Assembly (NCBI GenBank): GCA_012295275.1 | Contig: CM022671.1 | Coordinates: 6,634,001 to 6,698,000, forward strand | Direction of reading: 5' to 3' | DNA from: Chrysomallon squamiferum | Lineage: Eukaryota; Animalia; Mollusca | Length of the DNA: 64,000 bases | In this document: positions 59,869 to 64,000 of the stretch, piece by piece | Position numbering within the stretch: the first letter of the stretch is position 1 | Layout of the letters: each line of letters opens with the position of its first letter | Translations under genes and position numbers: made by a program | The notes under the pieces: generated by a model | Seen by the model: the letters and a program-made list of their open reading frames with translations, nothing else | What the model was told of the DNA's origin: nothing | Databases searched by the model: none

Positions 59869-60478
59869 TTCTTGATGCTATCTCTGTTATTACTGAACAT
59901 TAAAATTGATTATTTCACTACACTGCGTTACCCTCACATATTTTAATACTAATCAGTTGTCAGAAATTAAATATACTAACCACTCCTTCACTTACATGCT
60001 GTGTACGGACACACAAACATACAAACATATATAAATACATACATAAAAACATACATATGTACAAACGTACACACACAGATGAGCAAACACGTACATTAAT
60101 ATATATATGTATGTAGTTTAGGATTTTTTTATATATACACACACACAAACACATAATGACAAACTCACACAGATGTTTTATTATATATATATATTTACAT
60201 TATAATTTTTGTCATGGTAGACATTATCTATCTGAATATGCCTGTAAATTATTCTGTTATCAAATGATCGGTGGTCAGATACATGAAATATTACATACAG
60301 TTCAGCCAATAAAGAACTGTTGTTATAATTATAGGAAATAACATGAAATAGTCACCTATTATATGTGTTTTATGGCTTGTTTCAAATGTCACTCGTGTTA
60401 TACAGATATCAGTAATAAAATTTATATTATGAATCGACTGCTTATAATAATAATATACAGTGATAGTAGTAGTAGTAA

Positions 60479-60522
<44 letters not shown>

Positions 60523-61543
60523 ATAAGAATAATATTAATAAAAGTGATAATAATATAATAAATTTGTTCAACCAAGTTCAGTCGGTGATTGTTACACTAA
60601 TAAGTGGGTGTGTAACAAAAGGGAGACAACCGTAGAAAGAACTAAGATTGGGAAAGAAAAACGAGGTGTTCTGGACGATAAAAGAGAGAATATTATTTTT
60701 ACATTTTTGGAGTGGAAAAAGTACAAAAACGAATTTGAAATAAAAGAGGATTTATAATATCAGAAAAAAAATATTAATCAATTTGGTTCATAATTTGGAC
60801 ATTTAATAACATATTCACACACGGACACACACACACACGATACATACACACCTATAAAATACTTAAACACAAACACCAATAGATAAACACAAACACACGA
60901 TTCATGCCCTCAAACATAAACAAGACAAACAGCCCCGGACTTTCACCAGAACATTTTTTATTATTATTATTTTTCAGGTTTCTGACACATTTCATGATTA
61001 AAGAGAATGCGACATCTAGATAGTAGTATTACCACGTAGACTGAAATGGCGACTTCGCGAGTGAGGTGATTATCATTAATATTTAATAGGCGCAATGGCA
61101 CAGATCCGAACTGATAATGAAACAACATTATCATGCTAAATTACTGAAATGTCTGACACGTTTATGTGTTTATAAATACACGCACGTGTCCAGCAGCAAC
61201 ACATATGGCCGGTTAATAATGGCGACTGTCAAAAAAAATGAATAAAACAGAGGAAGAGATCAACTACAAGACGTTTGAAGTAGAAAATGTTATTTACCAA
61301 TTATTTCCCTTGTGTGGATTTCTCCTGTATATGTTTCATTTTATGGCTTCTTGTGTTGAATGTATGTTTGTGAACGGAAAGGGTTAATATTAATGAAATA
61401 CTCTAATCTATACTCGTGGTGACTCTTAAATGAAAATAATTTACGCAATAAAATGATGTATTAAGAGATTTCCGTGTCAGTTTGATGAAAAGAAATTGAA
61501 TTTTAGAAGAGCTTAGAATGAATATATAGCATACCTTACTATT

Positions 61544-61619
<76 letters not shown>

Positions 61620-62987
61620 CTCTCTATCCGACAATACACGAAGATTTCTAAATTTTATTTTCTGTGTTTTACCGTGATAATGATGTCATTTCTTTTCTTC
61701 TGCTTTTAATTATTTATTTTTTTTTTTTTTCAACAATCAGTTTAATATTAATATATATATAAGTTAAATATAAAAACATGAATAATCGGGAGGGGGGAGA
61801 AGACATACGAGAGAGAGAAAAAAGAAACACAAAGAAACAAATTAATAAATAAGTAAATAATACAAAGACAAAAATAAATAGCTCAGTGTTTATTTTATAA
61901 TAATTATGCATTGTATATTCGGAGACACGAATGAATTATATACGGCGATGTATGAACAGTTAAGCGAGCACAAACAATCACAGAGTAAGTCAGTCAGGCG
62001 AGATACTGCAGGAATTTCACCTAGAACCTGGAATCACGTCAAAGACCTGAGATAAAAAAAAACATTCTCACCTCCACCAGCCTAACGACATTTCCTTCTT
62101 ATTGTTACAGCCAATCATAAAACAGTTAATAACTGCTGAACTGAACGTAAAAAATAAAACTCCGATGAACACTATGTATTATTACCTTTACGCAAATTGT
62201 GGAGTGAGATTTTATTTATGTACGTGTTGTGTACATAGGGAATACCTCTCATTATTCTATTTCTTTGATGTCTGGATTGTAGCAACATTAATCAATTATC
62301 TCCCCTTAAATTATGAATATTGATTGTTGGTCGTTGAGGTGAGGAAATTACCTGAAAATAATTATATCGACAACATCATCTGACACTACGGCGATAGACA
62401 TGTGACGTGGGGCGGAAAAAAAAACTTCCAGGCAATTTGCAGCAGTAAACGATAATACATTAGGACGAATCTAAAGTTTTGTTGTGGTTTTTTTTCGGAT
62501 TTTTTCCTTTCTTGATAGTAAATGTTGTGTAAATACTGCAGACGTCATGTGAATCAACGAAATCCTTCTTAGTTTGTCTGGCTCTAGTAGAAAATGTTAA
62601 GCTATAGAAGATTTTAAAGTTGTTTAATTTTTAAAAATTACAGGTTATATTCTTACAAAGGATGAATCCTGAACAAAGCGTCCTTGACATTGATCGAGTT
62701 CTGACGTATTCACACAGGAAGTGATGAATGTGTGACAGTAAGCTCTCCGGAGTATTTCCGTATCAGACAACGACAAGTGACACTTAACTTGTTTTGTTCA
62801 GTATACTTCTAAAACAGTATATTTTTAAAATTATTTTGTGTGTGTGTGTGTGTTACTTCTTTAACATGACACAACGTGAAATGTTTAAAACGTTTTCACT
62901 TTCTGTACGTATTCTGGATTTTAGAAAAAGGAAGGGAGCCATCTTATGTTTTGCGTTGCATGAACATGAATAGAACAGTTAACAGAT

Positions 62988-63078
<91 letters not shown>

Positions 63079-63879
63079 ATTTACGTCGCTGATAATGAAT
63101 CTCGTTCTGTACATTAAACCATGAAATCAGAGATAGGAGTTGATATCGTTCATTAAGTGTCAACATGTCAGTGTTATTAACTGTACACGATGATGTTTAC
63201 ATTCTGCAATAACAGCGTCGTCGTCATTTCCAGATCGTAATTAAAACAATAAAACACTTTTTTTTTGGTCTAAAACAAGAACACAGCTGTGAAGATAAAA
63301 CATAAAATAAAATATAGAACAGAACAAAAAACAACCCAACAACATCAGTGATAATGACAACAACGACAACAACAACAACAACAATACTACTGTTACAACC
63401 ACCATTACCACTACTACTACTAACAAAAACAACAGCAGCAGCAGCAACAATAATAAATAAATAAATAAATAACACTCGACAGTTATTAATGATTACTGTT
63501 ATTATATGTCGGAGAGATGTTATTAAAAGTGGATATTTATCTGCAGTCATTCATCATAAACTCATAACGTGACCACGTCGCAAAACTTCATGTTTGTAAT
63601 GCGTCTGCTACAAAACAAGAATTTCCCTGTGTTTCTGTAACAGTCGCCGTTTGCCGTCAAAAAAGGACTACTACTACCAGTGTTTCTGTTGGTAACAAAA
63701 CAACATATTCCAGAAAACGAACTTAACATCATTTTTTTTCTAATGGTACCGTACAAACTACATGAGTCGGGCAAAATTAGATCAGTACTTTTTAGACCAA
63801 TAACAAATTGCTATTTCTTCACTGGATAGAAATTTCTGGAATCTTCGACACCACGTGTTTCTCATCAGTGTTCGTTCTC

Positions 63880-64000
63880 ATGTCACGAAAGACGGAGATG
63901 TTGTCGTCTTTGTGGAGAAACACGTCGCTGTTGAACTTCTACAGCGCCGTGTTCGGTAACGTCACCAGCTTGCTTCTGTCTACAACCACGCGACAAGACA
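63880..64000 (+). CDS. Possible N-terminus of a membrane or secreted protein running off the window end
   Basis: GC-richer open frame MSRKTEMLSSLWRNTSLLNFYSAVFGNVTSLLLSTTTRQD... with two N-x-S/T sequons and a candidate acceptor at 63546. The strand is ambiguous. Confidence 0.3.
   Translation, partial: MSRKTEMLSSLWRNTSLLNFYSAVFGNVTSLLLSTTTRQD

Overview
AT-rich, microsatellite-rich, intron-containing animal DNA; the gene content and protein style suggest an invertebrate, probably a lophotrochozoan or mollusc (inference). I spliced the genes by hand using GT-AG sites and reading phase. From left to right: the 5' part of proline dehydrogenase (PRODH, minus strand, runs off the window start); THOC5 (18 coding exons, minus, with one apparent 1-bp frameshift); XBP1 (plus, head-to-head with THOC5, with an ERSE, a 20-nt IRE1-type unconventional intron and both the U and S reading frames); an uncharacterised ~436-aa SAM-PDZ-coiled-coil-FIP-RBD-like protein (plus); and four tandem, intact, 333-aa farnesyl-diphosphate-synthase (FPPS)-like genes (minus, 33.5-59.4 kb). 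The FPPS-like array is the main candidate for a new system. All four copies keep the FPPS helix order and exon layout but have lost the IPP-binding residues (GGKxNR, the second Arg of RR, the C-terminal KRRK), the aromatic chain-length floor and the K257 loop. This resembles the IDS-derived terpene synthases of insects. Copies A-C retain DDxxD/NDxxD motifs, while copy D has both motifs degenerate (MDTLE/NNYLD). Comparisons with human proteins are from memory and no database search was run.
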